Positions 28,876 through 38,527 of a stretch of 58,410 nucleotides of DNA are shown here, in pieces. Within the stretch, counting starts at the first letter, position 1, and each line of letters begins with the position of its first letter. The notes under the pieces were generated by a model. The model was not told where the DNA came from. It searched no databases and worked only from the letters and a program-made list of their open reading frames with translations. Source of the stretch: Candidatus Cloacimonadales bacterium (GTDB taxonomy: Bacteria > Cloacimonadota > Cloacimonadia > Cloacimonadales > JAFGVF01). Made by a program: the position numbers and the translations under genes. The stretch spans positions 1-58,410 of the forward strand of contig JBAYZI010000002.1 of the NCBI GenBank assembly GCA_041672585.1. The letters are read 5' to 3'.

Positions 28876-31800
28876 CTATTTTTCTAAAGCAAACTTTAAT
28901 TCTTTATATTTTCCTTCTGCTTTCAGACGGGCAATATAAACACCTGATTCCATTTTGGTATAAGGAATATTAAATTTATTCAAGTTTCCCAAGTAGGGGT
29001 CTAAATCTTTTGTTTCTGTATATATCTTCTTTCCGGCAACATTATAAATCTCTAATTTAGCTTCACAACTTCTAGAGACCATAGCCCTAAGAGTTAGGCT
29101 TCTGTTGATAGTGGAATTAAACGGATTAGGATAAATATATACCTCGCCACTAACAAAGATATCATCTGTTTTAAGAATATTAGGCAGAGTCTTATTCTCC
29201 TCTACTGCATTTCTGTGATAGCTATTATACTCCGTGTACCAATTAGTTAGGATATTATCTAAGTTATAATCAGCATTTACTGTTTGTAAGAAAACACGAT
29301 TGATATTAGCCTTGTCCACTGTTGTATAAAGATATAGTTCGTTATTCTCTAAATGCAAGCAAGGGTATGATCTACCATTGTTGTTATTGGCTGTGGGGAA
29401 TCCCGGTAAAGTTCTACCGCGTGAATCCCACATAGCTGTTCTATTGCGGGAGAATGTTCCGGCAAACTTATAATCCCCGGAGCTATCATAATCAACAGCA
29501 AAAGCTCCACCATAAACAATCAACGAATCATTAGGAGTAGAGGCAACTGTAAATTTGTTATTATCCAGTAATTCACCATTATAAGTGATGATTTTAACTC
29601 CATCTTTATAGCCTAAAACTAAATCCCAAGTACCATTCTTGTCAAAATCAACTAATGAGGGTACTGCTTTAGATTTAACAGAGGACTCAATGTAGTTAAC
29701 AAAAGAGTAGTCTGTGCCGGTGAAAACATAGAACCCATAATCACCTTGTACTACAAGCTCAAACGCTTCATGCTGAGGACTAAAGTCAAAGAAAAGAGTG
29801 TTAGTAATCGTAGAGTCGGCAGGTATTTCTAAAGGCAACTTAGTTACTGTTGCATCTTCTTCATCAATAAGATTAAGGAAGTACCCATCACCTTTAGTAA
29901 TCACCATTAATTGGTCAGCATAGATAAGATTTGATTTCATTTTATCATCTAGAGGAATATCAACCAAATTAACCAAATTACTATCTAGAATTTTGATTAC
30001 CCCATGAAAATCAGTTAAGTTATTCATGGCACAATAATATTTGTAAGAGTTATCATCTTCTTGTTTGTGAATTATTACCGGAGATGTCCAGGCATGTCCA
30101 AATTGAGAGAAAGCAGTAGCCACTTGGGTGCCATCATAATAGTTTAAGACAGATAAGGCAGTTGGGGCAACTCTCAGGGTAGGAATTAGCAATTGTTCTG
30201 CCAGTTCGTCATAACTATATTGCTTAGAGATATTATAATCTAAAGTAAATTCATTAGTAATTTCATCATTCTCGAAGATAGTCAGCTTATTCCCACTCGG
30301 TAAAATGATTCTATTAACTCTGCTGTGGTCATCAGCTTTCATATTCACTGATAAAGCAGAAAAGCGATTAATCCCTTGGTAATCTGCAGAGAGATTCCAT
30401 TTAAAAACCACATTAAAAGACATCTGGTTATTTGCTTCTGAAATATCAAATATCTCAAAGGGAACTCCTCCATAATGACTTTCTGAACTTGGTAAATGCA
30501 GAAGACCATTGAATGTGTCAAACCCTAAATAAGTGTTTAGCGGAGCGCGGTAAGCATCTTCAGGACTTCCATAAGAGTAGATACTTAGATTAGGGTTAGC
30601 ATCTAAGTGCTGAATCCCATCTGCTTCTTTTAAATCAACACCTTTATGGCTAGCATCACCATTAACACGGCTTAAGCCAATGTCAGGATTAAAGTTCTCT
30701 TCTATCACAAATTCATCAATGTGCCAAATTAAAAGGCCGGAACCATCAACAGGTAGGTAGCCAAAACCGGAATAACCCGGAAGGTAGAAATCCCATTCAC
30801 AACCTTTTAATCTGTTGGTCATAAAATCAAATTTGGGCACCATTTCCCATTGTCCTGCAAAAGGTGGATAATAAACTTGCTCATCTTCAGGAAGAAGGGG
30901 GAACGTAAAGCTGGCTTGACCGTTTAAAGTAGAGTTGTCAGGGTTTTGGGCACGATTCTCAATAAGATAATACTCTTTTTCCGACATATTTATCTTATAC
31001 ACTTGGGGGGCTGTGGGGCTTGTATCTAAAAGAAAATCTACTTGCAGATTATAGGTATCTGCAGTAACTTCCACAGGAGTTTCCCAGCCAAGGTAATAAC
31101 GTGACCAAGCACAAGGTAGGGCAGGGATATAGCCGTCAGCGTTCCAAGCTCCCGAACCCATAATACCCCAATAGCCGATTCCGGCAGAGGTGCCGTTTTC
31201 TGATACATTATCACTCAAATTGGGTAAGCCAAGAGCATAGCCAAAACCGGACGCTAGTACGCCCAAGTTTCCGTACGGTGCCATTGATCCATCTTGAGGA
31301 AAATAGTCCTGCCATTGATATTCAGGGACTATCACAAAGTCGGTAACGAATGTTCCGTCAGCCGGAATCCCTTGATAATCATCATTTTCAGGATCTATAC
31401 CCAGTTGGAGATTTCTGCGGGAAAGAAAAGTACTCCAGAGAAGCTCAGGTCTAATTTTCTTAGTATCAGTTTCCTGACCTGCTCCAGCATGGAATATTAT
31501 AAAGGTATCAAACTCATTAAAGTCTATATCGGCATCAGATTTTTGCACCACTTCTTGGGCAAATTCAGCAATTCTTTGGCGTGTATTGGTATCAGAACCA
31601 TAATAAGCCATGTTTTTATCTAAAGTTATTATATCAGGATAGAATTGGTAATTTAACAAATATTGTTGATGAGAAGCATCATAAAGATAATCAGTTAATT
31701 GAAGCATGTATCTGTTAAAGAATTCTTGATTATGTACTAAAGAATCCGGGTAGGTTGGTTCAGCTACTATTTTGACATCAGCAAATTGCACCATGAAAGC

Positions 31801-31974
31801 GAGTACTTTATCCGGAAGTTCTTTCTCTCCACTTCGTGTTACTCTAGGGAATTTATCTGAAGGCATTGCATTATTATATGATACCGGTGCTTTCATCATG
31901 GGATGAGGTACTACCTCGGCTACTAAAGTTATTGCTAATAGAAGCAATAAGGCTATAGTTGAAACTTTCTTCAT
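28876..31974 (-). CDS. M6 (immune inhibitor A)-like secreted protein lacking the HExxH zinc site, with T9SS-type C-terminal sorting domain
   Basis: 1032 aa with a signal peptide. M6-typical blocks are present (FHAGAGQE...LLWS and GIGYWGIMGSGAWN...LGW). At the position of HEFGHxLGLPD the sequence reads SGFGYALGLPN (aa 242-252). The C-terminal 88 aa read IYPNPFNSTI...IYNVAGKKI...SGVYIARL. Confidence 0.7.
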   Translation of the reverse strand: MKKVSTIALLLLLAITLVAEVVPHPMMKAPVSYNNAMPSDKFPRVTRSGEKELPDKVLAFMVQFADVKIVAEPTYPDSLVHNQEFFNRYMLQLTDYLYDASHQQYLLNYQFYPDIITLDKNMAYYGSDTNTRQRIAEFAQEVVQKSDADIDFNEFDTFIIFHAGAGQETDTKKIRPELLWSTFLSRRNLQLGIDPENDDYQGIPADGTFVTDFVIVPEYQWQDYFPQDGSMAPYGNLGVLASGFGYALGLPNLSDNVSENGTSAGIGYWGIMGSGAWNADGYIPALPCAWSRYYLGWETPVEVTADTYNLQVDFLLDTSPTAPQVYKINMSEKEYYLIENRAQNPDNSTLNGQASFTFPLLPEDEQVYYPPFAGQWEMVPKFDFMTNRLKGCEWDFYLPGYSGFGYLPVDGSGLLIWHIDEFVIEENFNPDIGLSRVNGDASHKGVDLKEADGIQHLDANPNLSIYSYGSPEDAYRAPLNTYLGFDTFNGLLHLPSSESHYGGVPFEIFDISEANNQMSFNVVFKWNLSADYQGINRFSALSVNMKADDHSRVNRIILPSGNKLTIFENDEITNEFTLDYNISKQYSYDELAEQLLIPTLRVAPTALSVLNYYDGTQVATAFSQFGHAWTSPVIIHKQEDDNSYKYYCAMNNLTDFHGVIKILDSNLVNLVDIPLDDKMKSNLIYADQLMVITKGDGYFLNLIDEEDATVTKLPLEIPADSTITNTLFFDFSPQHEAFELVVQGDYGFYVFTGTDYSFVNYIESSVKSKAVPSLVDFDKNGTWDLVLGYKDGVKIITYNGELLDNNKFTVASTPNDSLIVYGGAFAVDYDSSGDYKFAGTFSRNRTAMWDSRGRTLPGFPTANNNNGRSYPCLHLENNELYLYTTVDKANINRVFLQTVNADYNLDNILTNWYTEYNSYHRNAVEENKTLPNILKTDDIFVSGEVYIYPNPFNSTINRSLTLRAMVSRSCEAKLEIYNVAGKKIYTETKDLDPYLGNLNKFNIPYTKMESGVYIARLKAEGKYKELKFALEK

Positions 31975-32157
31975 CTTTTCTCCTGTTTATTTCTCTTTAA
32001 CGGGACTTCCCCTTTAAAAACAACTCTTACCGGGTATCAATTATTCAATACTTATCTCCTCTAATCACATTGTTTTTCCCCTTAAAGCTAACAATACTAA
32101 GAGGGGGAAATTAGTCAATTATTTTCTGCATCAAATTGCTTTATTTATAGGTTGAAG

Positions 32158-33000
32158 TTAGAATGCCTCTTTATGAGTAGCAAGAAAGTTTAATCTCTCT
32201 AAATTAAAGTGGTGCATCTTTTCCACCCAAAACTTATTTCCGGCAGTTTTGGGATAGCAATCAGTGAGCTGAATTTCAGACTTCTCACAGGCAAGATGTC
32301 CTATTTTAGAATGGAGTAGCATAATATTATGCAGATAGATAAGGTCATTGCCGATTTTGTTATAATCACAAGTGTTACCATGCCCCGGGATAATTAATGG
32401 AGTTTTCTTTTTATGCAAATCCAACAGTTCCAGATAGAGTTTATTAGGATCGCCCCAGTAGAAGTAGGGGATAGCAATTCGTTCATCATCAGAGTTGAGA
32501 ACATTATCACCTGTCCAATAAATATCAAATTCATGCGAATAGATTCTGGTTGAATCATAAGAGTGTCCCGGAGCGTGCGTAATGGTCAGATCAAATTCAG
32601 GCAGATGCAGAGATTTAGAGAAGGTTATATGGGGTTTTCTAAGTAGTTTCTTATTAACTATATTTGGTCTGTGTGGTGAAATAATATTTTTCTCACTTTC
32701 AATAGTATGTAAATAAGACTCATGAGCAATTATCGTAGGTTTATAGCAATCAAAGAATCTGTTTCCATAACAATGGTCGCTATGCCAATGGGTATTTATG
32801 ATATATTTGACAGGCTTCAGCTTAGCTTCGCAGAACTCTAATAACTCTTTAGAATCTTTAGGCAACAGTAAAGTATCAATGATGAGTAGCGATGTTTCAT
32901 TCTCAATTACAGTTGCATTTAGCAATGAAGCTTTAGTTTGAAGTTGAGTAATTTGCTTATTAATAGGGAATATTTTATTCATTTTTACTTCCTGAACCAT
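32158..33000 (-). CDS. Metallo-beta-lactamase fold hydrolase
   Basis: 280 aa with the HWHSDH (HxHxDH) motif plus downstream His/Asp ligand blocks (HAPGHS, IPGHG). An alternative start is at 32982. Confidence 0.8.
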   Translation of the reverse strand: MVQEVKMNKIFPINKQITQLQTKASLLNATVIENETSLLIIDTLLLPKDSKELLEFCEAKLKPVKYIINTHWHSDHCYGNRFFDCYKPTIIAHESYLHTIESEKNIISPHRPNIVNKKLLRKPHITFSKSLHLPEFDLTITHAPGHSYDSTRIYSHEFDIYWTGDNVLNSDDERIAIPYFYWGDPNKLYLELLDLHKKKTPLIIPGHGNTCDYNKIGNDLIYLHNIMLLHSKIGHLACEKSEIQLTDCYPKTAGNKFWVEKMHHFNLERLNFLATHKEAF

Positions 33001-33601
33001 AATGAATTAGGTCAATAATCTTATGAACCATAGCACGTAGGTCGAACTCTTTTCCTTTAAGAATCCATTGAGTTAAGACAAAGTCCATAGCGCCAATTAC
33101 AGTAAGCGAAAAGGCATCAGCCGAAACTTCTCTGAATTTGTCTTCGCCCACTCCTTCTAGAAATATCTCTTTCATATATTCCCGATATTCATCAAAGATA
33201 GAGAAGTTAGGGTATTTAGTATAATAATTCTTGATCTGTCTGATATCTTCCACTATAAATTTAGCAATGTGTGGATTTTGGGTAAAGATAATTGCGTGGA
33301 TATCAAAGAACTTCAAGATTTTAGCTCTGACATCCGGTTCTTGAATGGATATCCTCTTTACCTCTAACAACTTATTGTGCAGAGTTTCGGTGAGAGCATT
33401 CATCATCAAATCTTCTTTAGAAGTGAAATATGTATAAATAGTGCCGTCTGCGACTCCTGCCTTGGTTGCTATATCTTTCATCTTAGTGTTCGCATAACCG
33501 TTTTCAGAGAGTAATTTAATGGCAACGCTAATTATGGTCTCTCGCTTTTTTTTCTTCTTTTCTACTATATGACTACTTGGTTTTGTTACTTTTTGTTGCA
33601 T
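32975..33601 (-). CDS. TetR family transcriptional regulator
   Basis: 208 aa with an HTH (TKMKDIATKAGVADGTIYTYFTSKEDL). It overlaps the MBL-fold gene start, so the two probably form a two-gene operon. Confidence 0.85.
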   Translation of the reverse strand: MQQKVTKPSSHIVEKKKKKRETIISVAIKLLSENGYANTKMKDIATKAGVADGTIYTYFTSKEDLMMNALTETLHNKLLEVKRISIQEPDVRAKILKFFDIHAIIFTQNPHIAKFIVEDIRQIKNYYTKYPNFSIFDEYREYMKEIFLEGVGEDKFREVSADAFSLTVIGAMDFVLTQWILKGKEFDLRAMVHKIIDLIHYGSGSKNE

Positions 33602-33619
33602 TATAATATCCTAAGGGGT

Positions 33620-33649
33620 AAAATAAAAAATAGGGGCTAACGCCCCTAT
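33620..33649 (-). terminator. Hairpin plus T-tract (minus strand) just upstream of the TetR gene
   Basis: The minus strand reads ataggggcgttagcccctat followed by tttttatttt. It may insulate the tetR-MBL unit from read-through from the C25 gene. Confidence 0.5.
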
Positions 33650-33920
33650 CAACGCAGTACACAGTTACTGCTTAGAAAATCCGTAAATCAGCTTACAATT
33701 TTGGATGATATAGAGGCTGGATGAACTAATTATTTTAATCTCTATACTTAAGTACTAAAAGGTTGTAGTAAACAATTACTGTCAAGTTAAATATCGCACC
33801 ATTACAATTTAAATTAAAAAAACAAAGGTTTATTGAGTTTAAGGGGAATAATACAAGGGTATATAATGAATTGAATAAGAGACTTTTATCAGCAACTTAG
33901 ATCTCTTTTACTCCAGTAGT

Positions 33921-33957
33921 TGATAAAATAAAAGAGCCCCGATTTACCGAGGCTCTC
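33921..33957 (-). terminator. Rho-independent terminator candidate of the C25 protease gene
   Basis: The minus strand reads agagcctcg-gtaaat-cggggctct (8 bp with 1 mismatch) followed by tttattttat, about 45 nt after the stop at 34000. Confidence 0.6.
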
Positions 33958-33999
33958 TTCAATTATTCATTATTAATTGTTAATTGTTAATTAACAATC

Positions 34000-36900
34000 C
34001 TATTTCATAAGAATCATCTTGGCGGTTTTAGAATATTGTTCAGTGGACATTCTATAAAAATAAACACCTGACGCAACATTCTGACCATTATCATCTTTAC
34101 CATTCCACACTATATTATGATTACCTGCAGCCTTGAACTCTTTAAGGAGAGTCTTGACTTTCTGACCTAAAAGGTTATACACTAAAATCTCAACATTCCC
34201 GGCACTCTTCATACCGAAAGATATGTTAGTTTCAGGGTTAAAAGGATTAGGATAATTACCATTTAGAGAAGTAATTGCCGGCACCACAGAATCATCATCA
34301 TTAGATACAGGTTGGGCAATACCTGACAAGTAGATTATTATCTCACTTAGTCCAGGGTTGTCAGTAACAATAAGTGCTTCAGAACTATAATTTTGAGCTC
34401 TATTAGGAGCAAATAGGAGAGTATATTCTAGATCTTGTCCTGCATCTAAGGCGAAGCTCATGGTATTAAGTAACTCGTCGTTAGTACCTACTAGGTAGAA
34501 AGGAGCTGTGATTGTTATTTGAGCAATACCGGAACCATCACCTGTATTAGTGAAAGTCATTGGTAACTCAGCCATTTCACCGACTAACACAGTACCAAAA
34601 TCGAATTCTGTATTATCTACAGCTATGCTTGGTGTGCCCTGAACTACCTCGGCAAAAGCAGGGAAAGTTACATAATCAAGGTAGAAGCAGTCATCATTAG
34701 CACTTGCCATCCAATCTTTTGTGTATATCCATTTGAAGGTATTAGTGCCGGGACTAACAGTATAAGCGTAATTAACCCAACCGGTATCACCACTTAAATT
34801 AAGCCACACCTGATTATTGATATAGAACTTTACAAAGTCGTAATTGTTTTCAGTTGAGACATGCATCCAGAAGCTTACTTCTCCGACTTCAGTTGATTCG
34901 TATGAAATCTCAAGAGTAGTGGATGTATTATGACCGATTGTAGCTGATTTTAAGCTATAATTGCCTTCATAAGCATGGTCTGAGAAAGTATAATTATCAT
35001 TAGTTTCCCAACCAAAAATTTCTAAGGATTGAGATTCAAAATCTTCGACTGATAAACCAACAAAGGTTGAATAGTTTGTAGTTTCAGTAAAGCTACCGTA
35101 GAAGGCATTAATATGAAATTCTAACTCTTGACCTGTAGGTATTTGACTACTTAGAATTACTTCAAAGGAGACCTCTTCATTTTCGCCTGACTGGATGTCT
35201 GCAATTTGTTGGTTACCTGTATTAGAAACAACAAGACCGACCGGATAACTAATTACCAAATTAACTAATTGGGCTTCATAACCGCCGGTATTAGTTACAG
35301 GAATTGTTAAGAGGAAAGTCTCTCCGGCATCCATTCTCTGATTCCCATTGCCAAGAACTTCAGTTGCTACAATTGCACCAAGAGTAATCTTAGGAGCTTT
35401 GTTGATTAAGAAAATAGGATAGCTCCATGAGTTGGCTCCGTCATCTGCTGTGATATTAGCAGTGAAAGGAATCATATAGTTATTAGCTATATTAGTAGGA
35501 ATGTTTATAGAAAAAGCATCTTCAGGTAAGACGATCACTTCATCTGCAGCAATATTGGCTACAGTTTCTTGACTATCTGAAATCATCACACCCGGTTCTG
35601 TAGAAGCGAGAGTAATAGTTAAATCTGATGATGTTTCAACACCCACATTCTTAATATTAAAGGTAAAGTTACCATTGTATCCGATATGGGTTGTATTATT
35701 AGGTATTGCATCAATAACAACAAAAGAACCTTCAGCAGGAGTGAGCATAATAGGCTCAACAACTGTAACTTTGTTAAAACCGGAAACAGTTAAGGTTAAG
35801 TCTTCAGGATTAAGAGGCATGTTCTCTAAAGTTAAATTAGCGTTTCCTGTAATATCTGTGTAGGCACTGCCAAGCAATTCACCATTATAAGAAACAGCAA
35901 CCAATGAACCTTCTTCTCCAGTACTAACGCTATATTCATCTGTTCCAATGAAAATAATACCTGTATGGTTTAGAGTAAGTTCTTCAGGGATATCAGTTCT
36001 GATTTGTAAAGAAGCATCACCAAAGATGTGCCAGGTTTTGAACATATTAACACCATCGGAACTATAATTATCCATCATATTACATGAACCACTATAAAAT
36101 AAAGCTCCCAGAACTGAGGTCTGTTCAGCAACAAGCAGGTCAATTATTTCGTCTTGTCCTCTCATTGGGGAAGCCCAAGATTGATTAATGGTTGAAGCAT
36201 AAATAGAAATTGCCCCGGTAGGGTTGCCATTACTGGTTGCTCTTAGCCAAGCTTCAGCAAAGCAGGTCATGTTTACGAAGTTACCGTTAACACAAGCAAC
36301 TGAAACAATGAAAGGTAATTTGCCTACATTGGTTAAGTTGTTTACATGGCTGTTAGAGAATCCGGTAGTTGACCAAGATGTGTTAGAACCATGTCCTACA
36401 TAATTAATAAAGCCTCTTCCTTCTTCGTTAAGAGAAGTGGCTATGTGAGTTGTACTTGCGCTTGGGGCGTAGGTTTGGTCAACAGTTTCATAATTATAAG
36501 CAAGCAGTTTATTTCTGATTATGTTCATGTGTTGAATATCGGTTTCGCCATTATCACCCTGACTTCCACCTTCCGAAGAAGCAATACCGATAGCTTTATT
36601 TATGAAAGTAGCAGAGCTATTTAAATCTCTTTCATAGTTGATAGTTCTTTCTACTTGAGTAAGAAGTTCGTTAGTGTTCTCAGCTGAGAATCTTCCGATA
36701 AAGATATCAGGATAGTTATCATTTCCTGCTACTAAAGAGTACATAGGGTCAGCGCCACCACCACCTGATGAAAGTGTCGCTACTTGAGGAGCATCACCGG
36801 CTATTTGCACAAAAGCAAAGTCGTCGTGAGTGTTGTAGTAATTTTGGATAAAAGTTTTGATGCTGTTACCATTGTTACCAATAGTTGCTACATCGACCAT

Positions 36901-37686
36901 TTCAGTTTTGATACCTTTCTGGTTCTTCCAATCAACATATGGCTGCATTGTGGAAAAGTAGTTTTGAGGAGCGATAACTAAGATCGAACCTTGATCAATA
37001 AGTGGTTCGTATCTATTAGTTTCATAGTTTAAAAAGTGGTTTTTATAGATCTGTTCAAAAGCATTAACACTTTTTACACTTCTGGTTAAAATGTTTTCTC
37101 CGGTTTCAAAACTATTGGCAACAGCAACTTTGATAGAGGTATAAACTCTCAAAACATTAGTTACCGGATTGTATTGGAACGGATTAAAACTTACAGCCAC
37201 ACCACGATGATTTCTCATAATGTAAGCAGAACCAAGAGTTGTAATTTCACCTGGGTAAAAGTTATCTTGGTTATAAACATCACTAAATTCATAAGGAACA
37301 GTTGCAGGATCAACATCTCTGTAGAGAATTCCCTTAGAAGGGGCTACAGCCATCTCAAAATCTACATAAGCAGAATCAATAAGACGCATTACAGGTTTAG
37401 ATCTACCATCAATAATGATACTTCTTGTCAGAGTAGGAACTTCAGGAGCTCCCTTCTCATAGGTTTCTGCTGCTTTTTCTAATCTAATATGATTAAACGT
37501 TTCACCATCTATAATCACTTGGTCTCTATTAAAACTAGCTAAAGTCATTTCTATAACAGTTTCATTGCTGTTAGATTCTATTAAGTTAACACCATTGTTA
37601 TTCGAGCTATTAACATAGATTGTTTCAGCATTTAGTCCGATAATAATAGTTAACATTAATACAACTATTAATAAGCCTTTCTTCAT
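34000..37686 (-). CDS. Gingipain-like C25 cysteine peptidase with T9SS-type C-terminal sorting domain
   Basis: 1228 aa with a signal peptide and an N-terminal propeptide-like region. The catalytic His block is YVGHGSNTSW and the Cys block is IVSVACVNGNF, as in the C25 family. Ig-like/CARDB-like middle domains are present. The C-terminal 86 aa read NYPNPFNPETNISF...VYNLLGQKV...SGVYFYRM. Confidence 0.8.
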   Translation of the reverse strand: MKKGLLIVVLMLTIIIGLNAETIYVNSSNNNGVNLIESNSNETVIEMTLASFNRDQVIIDGETFNHIRLEKAAETYEKGAPEVPTLTRSIIIDGRSKPVMRLIDSAYVDFEMAVAPSKGILYRDVDPATVPYEFSDVYNQDNFYPGEITTLGSAYIMRNHRGVAVSFNPFQYNPVTNVLRVYTSIKVAVANSFETGENILTRSVKSVNAFEQIYKNHFLNYETNRYEPLIDQGSILVIAPQNYFSTMQPYVDWKNQKGIKTEMVDVATIGNNGNSIKTFIQNYYNTHDDFAFVQIAGDAPQVATLSSGGGGADPMYSLVAGNDNYPDIFIGRFSAENTNELLTQVERTINYERDLNSSATFINKAIGIASSEGGSQGDNGETDIQHMNIIRNKLLAYNYETVDQTYAPSASTTHIATSLNEEGRGFINYVGHGSNTSWSTTGFSNSHVNNLTNVGKLPFIVSVACVNGNFVNMTCFAEAWLRATSNGNPTGAISIYASTINQSWASPMRGQDEIIDLLVAEQTSVLGALFYSGSCNMMDNYSSDGVNMFKTWHIFGDASLQIRTDIPEELTLNHTGIIFIGTDEYSVSTGEEGSLVAVSYNGELLGSAYTDITGNANLTLENMPLNPEDLTLTVSGFNKVTVVEPIMLTPAEGSFVVIDAIPNNTTHIGYNGNFTFNIKNVGVETSSDLTITLASTEPGVMISDSQETVANIAADEVIVLPEDAFSINIPTNIANNYMIPFTANITADDGANSWSYPIFLINKAPKITLGAIVATEVLGNGNQRMDAGETFLLTIPVTNTGGYEAQLVNLVISYPVGLVVSNTGNQQIADIQSGENEEVSFEVILSSQIPTGQELEFHINAFYGSFTETTNYSTFVGLSVEDFESQSLEIFGWETNDNYTFSDHAYEGNYSLKSATIGHNTSTTLEISYESTEVGEVSFWMHVSTENNYDFVKFYINNQVWLNLSGDTGWVNYAYTVSPGTNTFKWIYTKDWMASANDDCFYLDYVTFPAFAEVVQGTPSIAVDNTEFDFGTVLVGEMAELPMTFTNTGDGSGIAQITITAPFYLVGTNDELLNTMSFALDAGQDLEYTLLFAPNRAQNYSSEALIVTDNPGLSEIIIYLSGIAQPVSNDDDSVVPAITSLNGNYPNPFNPETNISFGMKSAGNVEILVYNLLGQKVKTLLKEFKAAGNHNIVWNGKDDNGQNVASGVYFYRMSTEQYSKTAKMILMK

Positions 37687-37781
37687 TCTTCCTCCATTTA
37701 TCTTGAATCACATTTTTTTATCTATAATATAATATATGCAATATTTATACCAAAGGCAAAATAATTAATAATAATTGATGA

Positions 37782-37824
37782 GTTGAATGGTTGATTTGTT
37801 TAATTGTTTAATTGTTTAATCGAT
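37782..37824 (+). repeat. AT-rich word element gttgaatggttgat-(ttgtttaa)x3-tcgat
   Basis: It has an 8-bp unit repeated exactly three times in tandem (37796-37819). The reverse complement of the whole element recurs at 50868-50902 with one unit fewer. Confidence 0.8.
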
Positions 37825-38042
37825 GGCGAGAATGGCTTCGTAGGCTCTTCAAATCTCCTACTCTCTTTGTATTATTAATTACCTTTGTGTTTTTGTGGTA
37901 TTTTGTGTTTTAGTGTTAAAATCCCTAATTCCGGAAATTAAATCCAAATTAAAAAGAATTATTTCTCAACTGCTAACCCACTGTAAATCAGCCATTAATC
38001 GTCAATGAGGAATCTTAAAAGTAAAAATAATTAAAAAAAGAT

Positions 38043-38076
38043 TTGACACGAAACAGTAATCAGGTATTGTAGTACC
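38043..38076 (+). promoter_or_regulatory. Candidate promoter (TTGACA-16 nt-TATTGT) overlapped by the 16-bp operator candidate CAGGTATTGTAGTACC, upstream of the Rrf2 gene
   Basis: TTGACA lies at 38043-38048. The motif caggtattgtagtacc lies at 38061-38076 and covers the -10 region. An identical 16-mer recurs at 38528-38543. Confidence 0.5.
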
Positions 38077-38109
38077 AGAATCAATGAATAAAAGATAAAA
38101 GAGGAAAAG

Positions 38110-38511
38110 ATGAGTAAGATATTGAATTTATCGGAAGCTTCATACTTAGCATTACACGGCTTAGTGCATATTGCATCTAAAACTCCCGATAGGATAAGTG
38201 TGAAAGAGATAGCAAGTGTTTTACATGCATCAGAAGCTCATCTATCCAAGATATTTCAAAAGTTAACCCGCGTAGGGATAGTTAATTCAATAAGAGGACC
38301 ACAGGGCGGATTTGAATTAAGCCGCTCTCCTAAGCACGTCTCTTTCTTAGAAATAATAGAGATATTTGAAGGGGAGATCGAGGTTACAGGTTGTCCTTTT
38401 GGTAAGAAGAATTGTGTTTTTAATAAGTGTATTATAGATAAAGAAGTTGGCGAAGCGACTAAAGTAATTTATGATAGATTCAAAAATATGTATCTTTCAG
38501 ACTTTCTTTAG
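38110..38511 (+). CDS. Rrf2 family transcriptional regulator with three-Cys Fe-S ligand motif (NsrR/IscR-like)
   Basis: 133 aa. The N-terminal winged HTH is (SVKEIASVLHASEAHLSKIFQKLTRVGIVNSIRGPQGGFEL). The Cys motif is CPFGKKNCVFNKC (C-x6-C-x4-C). Confidence 0.9.
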   Translation: MSKILNLSEASYLALHGLVHIASKTPDRISVKEIASVLHASEAHLSKIFQKLTRVGIVNSIRGPQGGFELSRSPKHVSFLEIIEIFEGEIEVTGCPFGKKNCVFNKCIIDKEVGEATKVIYDRFKNMYLSDFL

Positions 38512-38527
38512 TTTTTTTAAAATTTAA

